Of a stretch of 64,000 nucleotides of DNA, positions 37,515 to 48,051 are shown piece after piece (the stretch's first letter is position 1; every line of letters starts with the position of its first letter). The translations under genes were made by a program, and so were the position numbers. This stretch comes from an uncultured Lachnospiraceae bacterium. Lineage in GTDB: Bacteria > Bacillota > Clostridia > Lachnospirales > Lachnospiraceae. The stretch lies in contig CAZGRM010000001.1 of the NCBI GenBank assembly GCA_964528295.1, positions 4,206-68,205 of the forward strand, given 5' to 3'. A model generated the notes under the pieces. That model ran no database searches. It saw nothing but the letters and a program-made list of their open reading frames with translations, and had not been told where the DNA came from.

Positions 37515-38708
37515 ATGGGCGCCGTATTACTGTCCCCTCTCTATGTTTTGCTGAATGTCTATCTGGTGAGCCGGATGCTGCTGTGGTTTCGCTCCCTTCA
37601 CTCCGGCTTGGGAAGCCTCTGGTTTGTGATACCCTTTCTCACCTTTTACATCCTGATGGCTCTGTCTCCTCTGACAGCGGCCTTCGGGCAGGGGCGCATT
37701 AAGACCGCCTCCCGCAAAATCAACAATTACTGGATGGGCATTCTAATGTATCTGCTGCTCTTTTTCCTGCTGGCCGACCTGGGCCGGGTCCTGCTCTGCC
37801 TGGCAGAGCGCCGCTCTGTCTTTTCCCCCCTTGGCGAAGCCTCCTACCGCTTCACCGGCGGAATAATCCTCCTTGCTGTGACGGCGCTCTCCGCCTACGG
37901 GATACTCCACGGGGCCCATCTGAAAAAGAAACGATATGGCGCGGCCGTCCAAAAGGACTGCGGCATCCCCTCTCTGACCATCGCCCTGGCTGCGGACCTT
38001 CATTTGGGAGGGGCCATGGGACTGACCCAGGTCAGACAGATGAGCCGGATCATCCGAAAAATGAAGCCGGACCTCATCGTTTTTGCGGGAGATATCTTTG
38101 ACAACGATTTCGACGCCATCCGGCATCCCGAAGAAATCGCCGCCCTCCTCCGCGAGATGAACAGCACCTATGGCTCCTACGCCTGCTGGGGAAATCACGA
38201 CATCAGTGAGGTGATCCTGGCCGGTTTCACCTTCAGCAATGGAAAGCGCCGGGTCTCCAGCGATCCCAGGATGGACCAGTTTTTGAAGGATGCCGGGATC
38301 CATCTGCTGGCCGACGAGACAGTGCTGATCGATGATTCCTTTTACCTCTGCGGCCGCCTGGACGCCTCCTGCCGGATCAAAAGCGGCCGGGACCGGGCCA
38401 ATGCCCGGGAGCTTTTGGCTCCCCTCGACCACCGAAAGCCCATTCTGGTCATGGATCACCAGCCGGGGGAGCTGGAGGAGCTGGCCCAGGCCGGAGCCGA
38501 TCTGACACTCTCCGGCCACACCCACAACGGACAGATCTTCCCCGGCAACCTGACGCTGCGCCTGGCCTGGAAAAATCCCTGCGGGAAGCTGATTGTGGGA
38601 AATATGACCAGCATCGTCACCTCCGGCGCCGGGATCTGGGGACCCGCCATGCGGGTGGGTACGGACAGCGAGGTGGCGGAGGTGAAGGTGCGGTTCTCCA
38701 AACCTTGA
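37515..38708 (+). CDS. Membrane-bound metallophosphoesterase (YkuE/YkoQ-like)
   Basis: Four N-terminal TMs; DLH, GDIFD, GNHD, DHQP, GHTH. Confidence 0.9.
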   Translation: MGAVLLSPLYVLLNVYLVSRMLLWFRSLHSGLGSLWFVIPFLTFYILMALSPLTAAFGQGRIKTASRKINNYWMGILMYLLLFFLLADLGRVLLCLAERRSVFSPLGEASYRFTGGIILLAVTALSAYGILHGAHLKKKRYGAAVQKDCGIPSLTIALAADLHLGGAMGLTQVRQMSRIIRKMKPDLIVFAGDIFDNDFDAIRHPEEIAALLREMNSTYGSYACWGNHDISEVILAGFTFSNGKRRVSSDPRMDQFLKDAGIHLLADETVLIDDSFYLCGRLDASCRIKSGRDRANARELLAPLDHRKPILVMDHQPGELEELAQAGADLTLSGHTHNGQIFPGNLTLRLAWKNPCGKLIVGNMTSIVTSGAGIWGPAMRVGTDSEVAEVKVRFSKP

Positions 38709-38709
38709 T

Positions 38710-38752
38710 TTGTGATTTTGTCACGGAAGTCCGGCTGATCCTCTGATATACT
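38710..38752 (+). promoter_or_regulatory. Putative Crp/Fnr-type site and extended -10 upstream of trxA
   Basis: TGTGATTTTGTCACG palindrome followed by TGATATACT. Confidence 0.5.
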
Positions 38753-38786
38753 GATGCCATAAAATCAAACGAAGGAGGATAAAGCC

Positions 38787-39092
38787 ATGAGTGCTATTCA
38801 TATAACAAGGGATAATTTTCAGGAAGAGGTCATGGGAAGTGATAAGCCCGTTTTGCTGGATTTCTGGGCGGGCTGGTGCGGCCCCTGCCGCATGGTTTCT
38901 CCCATCATCGATGAGATCGCCCGGGAACACCCGGAGCTGAAGGTGGGGAAGGTGAACGTGGATGAGCAGGAGGAGCTGGCGGCCCGGTTCGGCGTGATGA
39001 GCATCCCCTCCCTTTTCGTCATAAAGGACGGGGAGGTCACCAACCGCTCTGTGGGAACCCAGCCGAAGCAGCAGATTTTAGCTATGGTGTGA
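38787..39092 (+). CDS. trxA: Thioredoxin
   Basis: WCGPC active site; AGGAGG RBS. Confidence 0.96.
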   Translation: MSAIHITRDNFQEEVMGSDKPVLLDFWAGWCGPCRMVSPIIDEIAREHPELKVGKVNVDEQEELAARFGVMSIPSLFVIKDGEVTNRSVGTQPKQQILAMV

Positions 39093-39137
39093 TCACAACA
39101 GGAATAAAAGAAGAGGGAGCGCGGGCCTGCTTCCTCT

Positions 39138-39797
39138 TTATTTTTCGTCCAGCGCCTCCAGCTTTCCGCGGTCGAGGATCCCGATGGCTCCCCGGGTCAG
39201 CCTTACCATCCCCTCCGACTGGAAGTATTTCAGCATTCTGGTCACCACCTCCCGGGCCGTTCCCAGATGAGCCGCAATTTTTTCATGGGTGATTTTCAGC
39301 GTGTCCGTCTCCTCCAGATCACTCTCCTCCAGCAGGAAGCGGGCCAGGCGCTTATCAAAGCTTTTCCACATGATCTGCTCCATGAGCCACATCACGTCCG
39401 TGAACCGGGTGGCCATGATCGCGTTGGCATAGTTGGCCATCACGGCGGAGCGCTCCACCATCCGCTTGTATACGCCGGGAGGGATCACCCAGAATTCCGT
39501 TTCCTTTTCCGCGGAAATAAAGAGCTCAAACTGGATGCCGCTCATGACACAGGAAGCGGAAAACAGGCAGACGTCCCGCTCAAACAGGCGGTAAACGGTG
39601 ATCTCCCGCCCCTCATCGGAGGAAATATAGGCCCGGAGCTGGCCGGAACGGATGACCAGGAGTCCGATACAGTCCCCGGAGCCGTTATGTACCAGAGTGC
39701 CCCGGGGAACGGTCCTCCTCACCGCGGTCCGGGAAAGGATTTCCTGATCCGCCGGGGACAATTTATCGTAAATAGGAAAATACTGGGATAGTTCCAT
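39138..39797 (-). CDS. Crp/Fnr-family transcriptional regulator
   Basis: GREITVY, CLFSASC, THEKIAAHLGTAREVVTRML HTH. Confidence 0.93.
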   Translation of the reverse strand: MELSQYFPIYDKLSPADQEILSRTAVRRTVPRGTLVHNGSGDCIGLLVIRSGQLRAYISSDEGREITVYRLFERDVCLFSASCVMSGIQFELFISAEKETEFWVIPPGVYKRMVERSAVMANYANAIMATRFTDVMWLMEQIMWKSFDKRLARFLLEESDLEETDTLKITHEKIAAHLGTAREVVTRMLKYFQSEGMVRLTRGAIGILDRGKLEALDEK

Positions 39798-39974
39798 AGC
39801 TCTCCACCTCCTTTTGCCCTTACAATTATAGTCCCCTTTTTCCGCCTCGTCAATTGCGCCCTGGTGGGTGAGATTTTGTGGGCGCGTGACTCATCCTCCG
39901 CAAAAAACGGCAGGCGTGAAAGCGCCTGCCGCTCTTGTATCTCTCTCATTGATTCCGCTGGTTTCACGGGGCTA

Positions 39975-41018
39975 TCAATCCTGAACCTCGCCCAGCATAT
40001 TGTTCCACTTTTCAAGCAGATCTGCCTTGGCCTCTGTCAGCTCCGCTACGGGACGGCTTACCCAGGTCATATCGCTGGACGCCATCAGCCACGCGTTCTC
40101 CGGAATCTCATAGTTCGCGTTGGTAAAGCGGAGAGTACCTTCCATGTACTCAGCCATAGCGGACTGTCCCTCAGCAGAGCAGGTGAAGTTCACAAATGCC
40201 TTCGCCGCCGCCATATGAGGAGCATTCTTCACAACTGCCATTCCGGCTGCCATAGCGGATACGCCCTCGGTGGGATAGCGGACCTCTGTGGTCGTTGAAC
40301 CATTCTGATTCAGCTTGATCGCTCCGTCCTCGTAGGTCAGGCCAACCACATACTCACCGTCATATACGGAGTTGAAGCATACGGAGGAGGACTCAACCAC
40401 CACCAGGTTTTCTGCCAGTTTTCCAAGATAATCCCAGGCTTCATCGGTATCTACACCGTAGATGGAGAAGATATTGCAGAGATTGTTCCAGGCCGCGGAG
40501 GAGCTGTTGGGGTTAGAAAGAACCACCTTGCCCTTCAGCGCCGGATCAAGCAGATCCTCGTAGGACCGGATATCAAGACCAAGCTCAGCCTCCAGCTCCG
40601 TATTTACACAGAAGCAAACGGTGGAAAGATGATCCATGCTGTAGAATCCATTTGCCGTGGAGTAGCCCTCCAGGGTCTCACCATCGTAATCTGTTACCCA
40701 CTCCTCAAACAGGTCCGCGTAGGTGTCACCGTCTGAGTCGCACAGGCCGCCCCAGGTAACGTCCGCCTGGGGGTTATCCGCCTCCGCCGCTATTCTGGAG
40801 GTAAACTCTCCCACGCTGCCGGATACCACTTCCACCTCAATGTCCGGATATACCTCGTTGAAGCAGGTGATCAACGCGTCAAGGTCAAACTCCGTCATAG
40901 AGGAATAGAGTACGAGCGTATCTCCCAGATCCTCCTCAGCCATAACACTGCCGCCGGCCACTGCCGCCAGCCCCATGGAGAGCACAAGTCCAAGTGCCGC
41001 TAATTTACGTTTCTTCAT
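39975..41018 (-). CDS. ABC substrate-binding protein (Fe3+/AfuA sugar-phosphate class)
   Basis: Signal peptide, LVLYSS, NPQADVTWGG, NPNSSSAA, GLTYED, YPTEG. Confidence 0.85.
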   Translation of the reverse strand: MKKRKLAALGLVLSMGLAAVAGGSVMAEEDLGDTLVLYSSMTEFDLDALITCFNEVYPDIEVEVVSGSVGEFTSRIAAEADNPQADVTWGGLCDSDGDTYADLFEEWVTDYDGETLEGYSTANGFYSMDHLSTVCFCVNTELEAELGLDIRSYEDLLDPALKGKVVLSNPNSSSAAWNNLCNIFSIYGVDTDEAWDYLGKLAENLVVVESSSVCFNSVYDGEYVVGLTYEDGAIKLNQNGSTTTEVRYPTEGVSAMAAGMAVVKNAPHMAAAKAFVNFTCSAEGQSAMAEYMEGTLRFTNANYEIPENAWLMASSDMTWVSRPVAELTEAKADLLEKWNNMLGEVQD

Positions 41019-41112
41019 TTTTATTGCCTCCCATATTTTATTATTCTTACTGGCGCCGTCATCCGGCGTCAGATAAGTTCAAAGGAATTGTTTAAAGCCT
41101 CCCCTGCCCACG

Positions 41113-42768
41113 CTACAGCCGGATGTCCTCGGATTTGCTGACAGCCATATAGATAAACAGAGAGATCGCCGTCACCACCGTCAGTATGGCCGCAAAGGCG
41201 GCAGCCGTACCGTACTCTCCCCGGCCGATGTATATGTAGGCCTGCATGGTCAGAGTGGTGGTCTTGTTGCTATAAAGGATAACCGAGCTGGACAGCTCCG
41301 TCACAATGGATACCCAGCTCAGAATGGCTCCGGAAAGAATTCCGCTCCCCATCATCGGCACGGTCACCTTCACAAAGGTTTTAAACTTAGAAGCTCCGAG
41401 ACTGATGGCAGCCTCCTCGATGGAAATCGGAATCTGCTGCAATGTGGCCGTCGCCGACCGGATCGTGTAGGGCATCCTTCGAATGACAAAGGCGATAATC
41501 ATCACGGTCATGGTACCTGTCAGCGCCACCGGCTTTGCGCCGTAGGCGATCAGCAGCGCGATACCGATTACCGCCCCCGGCATGATGTAAGGCAGCATGG
41601 CGATCGTATCCAGGGTATGATTCAGTACATTCCCCCGGCGCACCACCAGATACGCGAGAATCACCGCGATAATAACGATAATCAGCAGCGCCAGCACGCC
41701 CATCACCACCGTATTCTGGCAGGCAAGCACCAGCTTCTTTTTGAGCGCGTTCTGATAGCTGACCAGAGAAAAGCCCGGGCTGAACACGGCGCCCTTACAG
41801 TTGCGGAAGGACAGATAAATGATGTACAGCTGCGGCAGAATCGCCACTCCGCAGAGCACATAGCAGTACAGATGCATCAAAAAGCCGGCAATTCCCTTCG
41901 CCTCCTTCTTTTCCACCGGATGCAGGGCATTGATGGAAAAGCCGAAGCGCGCGCTGGCCCATTTCTGGAAGAAGAATACCACCGCCGTAATCAAAATCGC
42001 GATGATCGCGAGGGCCGCCGCAAAGTGGTAATCACTGCCGTTCTCTCCCAGGTACTGCTGATAGAGAAGCACCGGCAGCGTATTGTAGCCCTCTCCCAAA
42101 ACTGTGGCGGTACCGAAATCCGCGAATGTCCTCATGAAAACCATCAGGGCCGCCGCCAAAATCGTGGGCATGGTCAGCTGGAGCACCACCTTAAACAGAC
42201 GCTTCACTCCCACACAGCCCATATTGGCGGAGGCCTCCATAAGCGTATTGTCAATGTTTTTAAAGGCGCCGTTCATATAGATGAATACCAGCGGGAAAAA
42301 TTTCAGCGTCTGAGACAGCACAATTCCTCCCAGCCCGTAAATGCTGGGCAGGGTTATGTGGAATGTCTCCTTCACAAACTTAGTGATCACGCCGGAACGT
42401 CCCAGCAGCATCACCCAGGAGTAGGCGCCAAGGAAGGGAGCGGACATACAGCACAGGATGCTGACCACAAACAGGATCTTGGCCCCCTTCAGCCTATAAA
42501 ACGCGTAAAAATACGCGAAAGGAATACCGATGACCAGCGTAAACACAGTCACAATAATGGTACTCTCAAAGCTGTTGAAGATCGTCTTATAATAGTAGCT
42601 GCTCTGGAAGAACTTCTGGAACTGCTCCAGACTGAGGCTGCCGTCCTCCATGACAAAGGCTTCCCTGATAATGCCAAACAGCGGATAGATCAACACCACG
42701 GCAAATAAGAAAAGCATCAGCAGAGAAACAGCCTTCCACCCGTCAGCACGTTTTTTCGCTGCCATCAC
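41113..42768 (-). CDS. ABC permease, fused double domain (FbpB/AfuB-like)
   Basis: Two EAA loops (MEASANMG, EEAAISLGA), ADFGT. Confidence 0.9.
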   Translation of the reverse strand: MMAAKKRADGWKAVSLLMLFLFAVVLIYPLFGIIREAFVMEDGSLSLEQFQKFFQSSYYYKTIFNSFESTIIVTVFTLVIGIPFAYFYAFYRLKGAKILFVVSILCCMSAPFLGAYSWVMLLGRSGVITKFVKETFHITLPSIYGLGGIVLSQTLKFFPLVFIYMNGAFKNIDNTLMEASANMGCVGVKRLFKVVLQLTMPTILAAALMVFMRTFADFGTATVLGEGYNTLPVLLYQQYLGENGSDYHFAAALAIIAILITAVVFFFQKWASARFGFSINALHPVEKKEAKGIAGFLMHLYCYVLCGVAILPQLYIIYLSFRNCKGAVFSPGFSLVSYQNALKKKLVLACQNTVVMGVLALLIIVIIAVILAYLVVRRGNVLNHTLDTIAMLPYIMPGAVIGIALLIAYGAKPVALTGTMTVMIIAFVIRRMPYTIRSATATLQQIPISIEEAAISLGASKFKTFVKVTVPMMGSGILSGAILSWVSIVTELSSSVILYSNKTTTLTMQAYIYIGRGEYGTAAAFAAILTVVTAISLFIYMAVSKSEDIRL

Positions 42769-42779
42769 AACACCCCCAT

Positions 42780-43895
42780 TCAGCCTTCCGCACAGTCGTT
42801 ATGTACGCCGGTAAGGATATTCTTACTGCCGTCGGCTGTGAACAGATTGATCTTTTCGGTATTGAGGGTAAGTCTGATCTCAGTCCCCGGAGCGAGAATA
42901 TTTTCGATCGAAGATTCCTGAATGATCTCCGCTTCCTCCCCGGAAGAAAGATGCACAAAATAGTGGGTATTCAGCCCAAGGAACACACAGTCATCCACCA
43001 CAGCCGCGATGCCCTCCTTCGCCGTGCGGTCCAGCAAAAGCTCTTCCGGCCGCACAGAGAAAATGACATCCTGGCTCTTGAAATGCTCCGGCGCCACATT
43101 CTTCATCTCCGCCTTGTAGCCGCATCCGGTCACCGCGTAGGCCCGTCCGTTCTCCACCACCAGCTTTCCCTTCAGGACATTGGAGCGCCCGATAAAGGTG
43201 GCGACGAACAGGTTCGCGGGTCTCTGATAAATGTCCTTCGGCTTTCCTATATGCTGAATCACGCCCTCGCTCATCACCGCGATGCGGTCGGAGACGGCCA
43301 TGGCCTCCTCCTGGTCGTGTGTCACGTATACCGTTGTAATATGTACGTCGTGCTGAATATTTTTGATCACGGTACGGGTCTCTACCCGCAGCTTCGCGTC
43401 GAGATTTGACAGCGGCTCATCCATCAAAAGAACATCCGGCTCGATACAAAGGGCCCGGGCCAGCGCGACTCGCTGCTGCTGTCCTCCGGAGAGGCGGTCC
43501 GGCATACGGTCCGCAAACTGTTCAATCTGCATGAGCTTCATAAATTTTTCTGCCTGACTTGCCATCTGGCTCTTTGGATATTTTTTGTTTTTCAGGCCAA
43601 ACTCCACATTTTTGCGTACGGTAAGATGGGGGAAAATCGCGTAATTCTGAAAAACCATACCGATGTTGCGCTTCGAAGGGTCGAGATCATTGATCCGCAC
43701 GTCGCCGAAATAGAAATCGCCGCCTTCAATGCTGTTGAATCCGGCGATCATACGCAGCAGCGTGGTCTTTCCACAGCCAGACGGTCCCAGCAGGGTGAAA
43801 AATTCTCCTTCTTTGATTTCCACACTCAAATCCGGAATGACGGTGTTCTGGCCATAACGTTTTACCGCGTGTTTGATTGATATATTATTACTCAT
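42780..43895 (-). CDS. ABC ATP-binding protein (FbpC/PotA-like, TOBE domain)
   Basis: GPSGCGKT, LSGGQQQR, LLMDEPLSNLD, VTHDQEEA. Confidence 0.93.
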   Translation of the reverse strand: MSNNISIKHAVKRYGQNTVIPDLSVEIKEGEFFTLLGPSGCGKTTLLRMIAGFNSIEGGDFYFGDVRINDLDPSKRNIGMVFQNYAIFPHLTVRKNVEFGLKNKKYPKSQMASQAEKFMKLMQIEQFADRMPDRLSGGQQQRVALARALCIEPDVLLMDEPLSNLDAKLRVETRTVIKNIQHDVHITTVYVTHDQEEAMAVSDRIAVMSEGVIQHIGKPKDIYQRPANLFVATFIGRSNVLKGKLVVENGRAYAVTGCGYKAEMKNVAPEHFKSQDVIFSVRPEELLLDRTAKEGIAAVVDDCVFLGLNTHYFVHLSSGEEAEIIQESSIENILAPGTEIRLTLNTEKINLFTADGSKNILTGVHNDCAEG

Positions 43896-44189
43896 CCTTT
43901 GCTCCTTATCTGTCTTTATCTTTTCGTGCTGAATTCTGTCCGGTTCTCGGAGCTTTTGTGCTCTACTAATAATAGCATTGCACAAAATATCTGTCAATAA
44001 TAATTTGATATTTATCACAAATTAACGTATAAACTTTGGCATCTCTTAGTATTTTTCCACAATAGGTCCCTCCTACAGCTAACAAATTATGATCAAATGT
44101 ACGAAATCGGTTTTTACCGCGGAAAAAGCGGATCGGGGTGAAAAACCGCGCCGAATCCGTTTTTTTGTGTCTTTCTTTTATGGGTACTT

Positions 44190-45245
44190 TCACCTCAAAT
44201 GGAAGCCAAGGAGAAAGAAGAGGGATAACAGATCGCAGAGCAGGGACTGAAGCATACTCCACAGGGCGGAGAGCTGCCGCTCTCCCTGGGCGGTCTCCAT
44301 CAGCAGCAGAAGGTTCTGGCGCTGCTCCTTCCACCAGCTGGTCCAGAAGGAAAAATCAGACCACTTGGTGGGAATCATGTCGGCGGGAATCTCCAGGCGG
44401 CTCAACAGCAGCCACAGGACGGCCCCCGCAAGAAGGAGGGCCAGAAGGCCCCGAAGCGCCGCGAACCGGAGATTTTCCAATACAGGGGCGGCCTGTCCCG
44501 GGGTATGGAAATCCGCCGGTACCGGAAGTTCCCTGCCAGATGGGTGATTTTCGAATATCCGCTTTCCGGGTATCAGAATAGAAATCAAGCGGAAGGCCAG
44601 GATCAGCGGCGGCAGTAAAAGCAGGTCCCGCAGCAGCGCGTTCAGGAAGATGAAATTCATCTGTTTTCCGGAAAGCCCATTTCTCAGCAGAAATTGCTCC
44701 GCGCCGCTTTTGCGGTTGCCCTCCCGGGGGCGGCACAGGGACACCCCGGTCAAAGCCTGGCCGTCCTCCGCTCCGGCGGTGCGGATCATAATCTGCCGCA
44801 GGCTTTCGAAGGTGCCGCAGACGGTGTAAGCGTGACCGCTCCACCAGACAAGCTGCCCTGCCGCTTCCGTTGTGCCGAAGAGCTCACTGGCCGTCTCCGT
44901 ATCGATATAGCAGCCCTTTTCCTGCCAAACCATCGCCTCCGTGCCCGGCACCACCAGCTCCGGATTTCCCCGGGTCAGCACCATGGTCACCCGGGCGCTG
45001 TCCCCCGTCTCCCGGCAGGAAAGCTCCGCCTCCCTCACCTCTCCCCAGAAGCAGACGTACTGGGAATCCTCCTGCTCCGCCTCCGTCCGGCAGATCGCCT
45101 CCGCCTCCTCCCCGCTCAGCCCGCCGGACTCCAGCAGGACCGTAATGATCTCCGCCGACCGCTGTACCTGGAGGCTGCCGCTTAGGGCAAGGCTGAAGAA
45201 AAGCAGGGCCAGCAGCAGCTTTATACTATTCACGATTTTCCCCAT
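44190..45245 (-). CDS. Membrane protein with MacB-like extracytoplasmic core
   Basis: N-terminal TM, IDTETASELFG...YTVCG MacB-PCD-like segment, C-terminal TMs with IPTKWSDFSFW. Confidence 0.7.
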   Translation of the reverse strand: MGKIVNSIKLLLALLFFSLALSGSLQVQRSAEIITVLLESGGLSGEEAEAICRTEAEQEDSQYVCFWGEVREAELSCRETGDSARVTMVLTRGNPELVVPGTEAMVWQEKGCYIDTETASELFGTTEAAGQLVWWSGHAYTVCGTFESLRQIMIRTAGAEDGQALTGVSLCRPREGNRKSGAEQFLLRNGLSGKQMNFIFLNALLRDLLLLPPLILAFRLISILIPGKRIFENHPSGRELPVPADFHTPGQAAPVLENLRFAALRGLLALLLAGAVLWLLLSRLEIPADMIPTKWSDFSFWTSWWKEQRQNLLLLMETAQGERQLSALWSMLQSLLCDLLSLFFLLGFHLR

Positions 45246-45378
45246 TCCTGTCCCCTCCCCGAAGCTCTTATGTTTTTCGTCGTATCAAGCGTGTCCGGAT
45301 ATGGCCGGTTCCCGGCCGCAAACCTCCTTCGCCTCAGCTCATCCGAAGGATATTTTCGGCTCATCGCCGTATTTTTGC

Positions 45379-48027
45379 TCATTCACTGGAAATACGCACC
45401 CGGCTGCCATCGTCCACCGTCTTGTCTGAGCTGGTAATGACAGAATCCTTGCCGGAAATGGCGCCGTCGGCCAGAGCCGCATAGGATTCATTCTTTTCCA
45501 GCACCGTGACGCTGGTCTTCCTGGCCTTGATCTCCGTACCCATGATGGAATCATACTCCTCCGGCACCAGCACGTAGGTCTGGTTTTTGTCGTCCAGGTG
45601 AAGGGCCGACAGGGGAACACAGGTGGTATAGGTCTGGGACTTCTTCACAAACTCCAGGCTCACCGTCATCCCGATGTCAAAGGCATCGTCCGGCACCTGG
45701 ACGGTGACGTGATAGATTTCCTCATTCGTCTCGTCCGCCGATACGGATTCCACCTCCTGGTCCTCCAGCTCCTTTTTGTTGCTGCCGGTGAGGGTCACCA
45801 GATCTCCGGTGCCGATGTATTTTTCCTGCTCCTTGGTGATCTCCGCCGTAAACCGGTAGCCCTTGGATAAGTCCGCCATGAGGATGGCCGTGGTATCCGT
45901 GGTCTTCTCCCCGGTGGTGATGTTGATCTTCGTCACCAGGCCGGCGGCGGGAGCGTAGATTTTTCCCTCCGCCTCCTTCAGCGCCTCCAGCTTTTTCAAT
46001 TGCAGCTCCATCTGATCGTAAGTGAGCTGGTACATTTCGTCGGAGCTGTTGGAGGCGTTGGGGATCGCGGCGGAGGCGATGGATCTGCCCCCGGTCACCG
46101 CCGCCTCATTGGCGGCAATGGCGGCGTCCTCATAGTTGTTCTGAGCAGTCTTTACATTATTAATCAGCTGCTGCTCCGTCTGGGCGTCCGCGCTGCCGCT
46201 GGCGGCCAGGCGTTCCTGCTGGTATTGTGTCAGGGCCGCCTCCGCCTCCTCCTGGGCCGCCTTTGCCGCGGCCACCGCCTCCTGGGCCGCTTTCAGCTCC
46301 TGGCTGTAGCTGTCTCGGACAGACTGTTCGATCTGATCCAGCTCGGCCTGGGTGACCGGGGAGGCGGAACTGGAGGCAGCGGCGTCAGCGCCCGAGATAC
46401 TGGTGTCGCCGCCGGAAATGCTGGTGCCGCCGCCGGAAATGCTGGTGTCGCTGCCGGTGATACTGGTGCCGCCGTCAGCAGCAGCGCCGGGGTCCTGGGT
46501 CAGCCCATCATTTTCCTGGCCAGAAACGCCAGAATCCTGAATAATCGCATCAAGCTCCAAATCAACGCCATTGGACCCCTGGGCGCCGGCCCCGTCCGCC
46601 GCCGAAACGGATGTCGATACTCCGGCGCTATCATCCGGCAAATCGGAGATCGATATGCCGGTGCCGTCACCTGCCGTATCAGAAGAAGGCGCGCCAAAGC
46701 CTCCGTCCGCCGCACCAGAGGAGGGCATCCCGGTACTTGCGTCAAGCTCCAAATCAACACCATTAGACCCCTGAGTACCGGCCCCGTCCGCCGCCGAAAC
46801 GGATGGGGACACTCCGGCGCTATCATCCGGCAAATCGGAAATCGATATGCCGGTGCCGTCACCTGTCATATCAGAAGAAGGCGCGCCAAAGTCTCCATCC
46901 GCCGCGCCGGAAGAAGGCATCCCGGCACTTCCTTCTGTCGCGTCAGAAGGGGATATTCCGACGCCATCCTCTATCATATCGGAAGAGGACACACCGAAAT
47001 TTCCATCTGCCGTGCCAGAGGTGGATATTCCGATACCTTCATCCGCCATAGCAGAGAAGGACTCGCCGAAATTTCCATCCGCCGTGCCAGAGGTGGATAC
47101 TACAGCTCCTTCCTCTGCCATACCAAAGGAGACCACTTCGGTGCCGCCCCCTGCCGTCCCGGTAACCTCCTCGATACCTACTATCAGATCCTCATTCCCC
47201 GTGCTCTGACCTCCCCCGGACTCCGAAAGTCCGCTGATCTCCCCCCGGGACGCCAGCGCGCCTGCTCCCTCCGGCAGCGGCCATTCCTCCTCCAAAATTT
47301 CCGCCGCGTCCTCCGACGCCTGCCTCAGCACCGTATCCTCCGCCGTCAGAGTGGCGCCGCTCTTCGCCTTCCGCAGCGCGTTATTCACATCATTCTCAAT
47401 CTGCCACTGAAGCGTCACCAGCTTCTGCTCCGCCTCAATATAATCCTGAGATTTCTCCTCATACGCCTGCTCCAGGGCCTCCTCCACAGAGCTGTCGCCC
47501 TCCCCCGCGCCCTGACCGTTCTTTCGGAACTTTGCCAGCGCCTCCTTCGCCGCCGCCAGCTCCTGCTTCGCCCGGGCGAGCTGGACGCTGGCCCGGTTCA
47601 CGGACAGGGAATAGCTCTCGGAGGCCTGAGCCTGCTCATTGGACTTCTGCTGTTCGCTCACATCCTTCTGGCTCTTCGCGTCCTTCACCGTCAGCTCCTG
47701 CTTCCGCATCTCCTGCTTTTGGTTCAGGATCTTTTCCTCCAAGAGGTCCAGGTCAATCTCAAAAAGCAGATCCCCCGCCTCCACCCGCTGGCCCTCGCTC
47801 ACCGCGATGGAGGTCACCCGCTGGTCGGACTCCGTGGTCACGGCCAGCTCCTGGTTCTGAACAATCTTTCCCGTGGCGGACACCCGGTGGGAGATCATCA
47901 TGTTTTCCGGCTTCTTCACAGAGACTACGGCGATGGAGGCCTGATCCGCCGCCCGGGACAGCAGAGTAAAGCACAGTATAAATGCAAAAAATAAAGCGGT
48001 AAACCGCAGCAGTTTACTCCTGTTCAT
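45379..48027 (-). CDS. Membrane-fusion (periplasmic adaptor-like) protein with large low-complexity insertion
   Basis: Lipoyl half-motifs VSEGQRVEAGDLLF and IYAPAAGLV, coiled coils, VPLSAL beta-barrel/MP tail. Confidence 0.85.
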   Translation of the reverse strand: MNRSKLLRFTALFFAFILCFTLLSRAADQASIAVVSVKKPENMMISHRVSATGKIVQNQELAVTTESDQRVTSIAVSEGQRVEAGDLLFEIDLDLLEEKILNQKQEMRKQELTVKDAKSQKDVSEQQKSNEQAQASESYSLSVNRASVQLARAKQELAAAKEALAKFRKNGQGAGEGDSSVEEALEQAYEEKSQDYIEAEQKLVTLQWQIENDVNNALRKAKSGATLTAEDTVLRQASEDAAEILEEEWPLPEGAGALASRGEISGLSESGGGQSTGNEDLIVGIEEVTGTAGGGTEVVSFGMAEEGAVVSTSGTADGNFGESFSAMADEGIGISTSGTADGNFGVSSSDMIEDGVGISPSDATEGSAGMPSSGAADGDFGAPSSDMTGDGTGISISDLPDDSAGVSPSVSAADGAGTQGSNGVDLELDASTGMPSSGAADGGFGAPSSDTAGDGTGISISDLPDDSAGVSTSVSAADGAGAQGSNGVDLELDAIIQDSGVSGQENDGLTQDPGAAADGGTSITGSDTSISGGGTSISGGDTSISGADAAASSSASPVTQAELDQIEQSVRDSYSQELKAAQEAVAAAKAAQEEAEAALTQYQQERLAASGSADAQTEQQLINNVKTAQNNYEDAAIAANEAAVTGGRSIASAAIPNASNSSDEMYQLTYDQMELQLKKLEALKEAEGKIYAPAAGLVTKINITTGEKTTDTTAILMADLSKGYRFTAEITKEQEKYIGTGDLVTLTGSNKKELEDQEVESVSADETNEEIYHVTVQVPDDAFDIGMTVSLEFVKKSQTYTTCVPLSALHLDDKNQTYVLVPEEYDSIMGTEIKARKTSVTVLEKNESYAALADGAISGKDSVITSSDKTVDDGSRVRISSE
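46385..47150 (-). repeat. In-frame intragenic repeats (21-bp, about 60-bp and 192-bp units)
   Basis: GGTSISG-type heptads, about 20-aa SGTADGNFG units and a 64-aa duplication (CAAGCTCCAA at 46551 and 46743). Confidence 0.85.
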
Positions 48028-48051
48028 ATCGTCACTCCTTCCTGTTCTTCT

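Noticed and set aside
43990-44025. Imperfect palindrome (TTTGATATTTATCACAAA) upstream of the Fe/Afu ABC operon as a Rex or Fur box
   Set aside because: Partial match in a very AT-rich tract; regulator cannot be assigned
44470-44565. GATTTTC(C/G)AATA direct repeats inside the MacB-like gene as MITE remnants
   Set aside because: Too degenerate and in direct rather than inverted orientation
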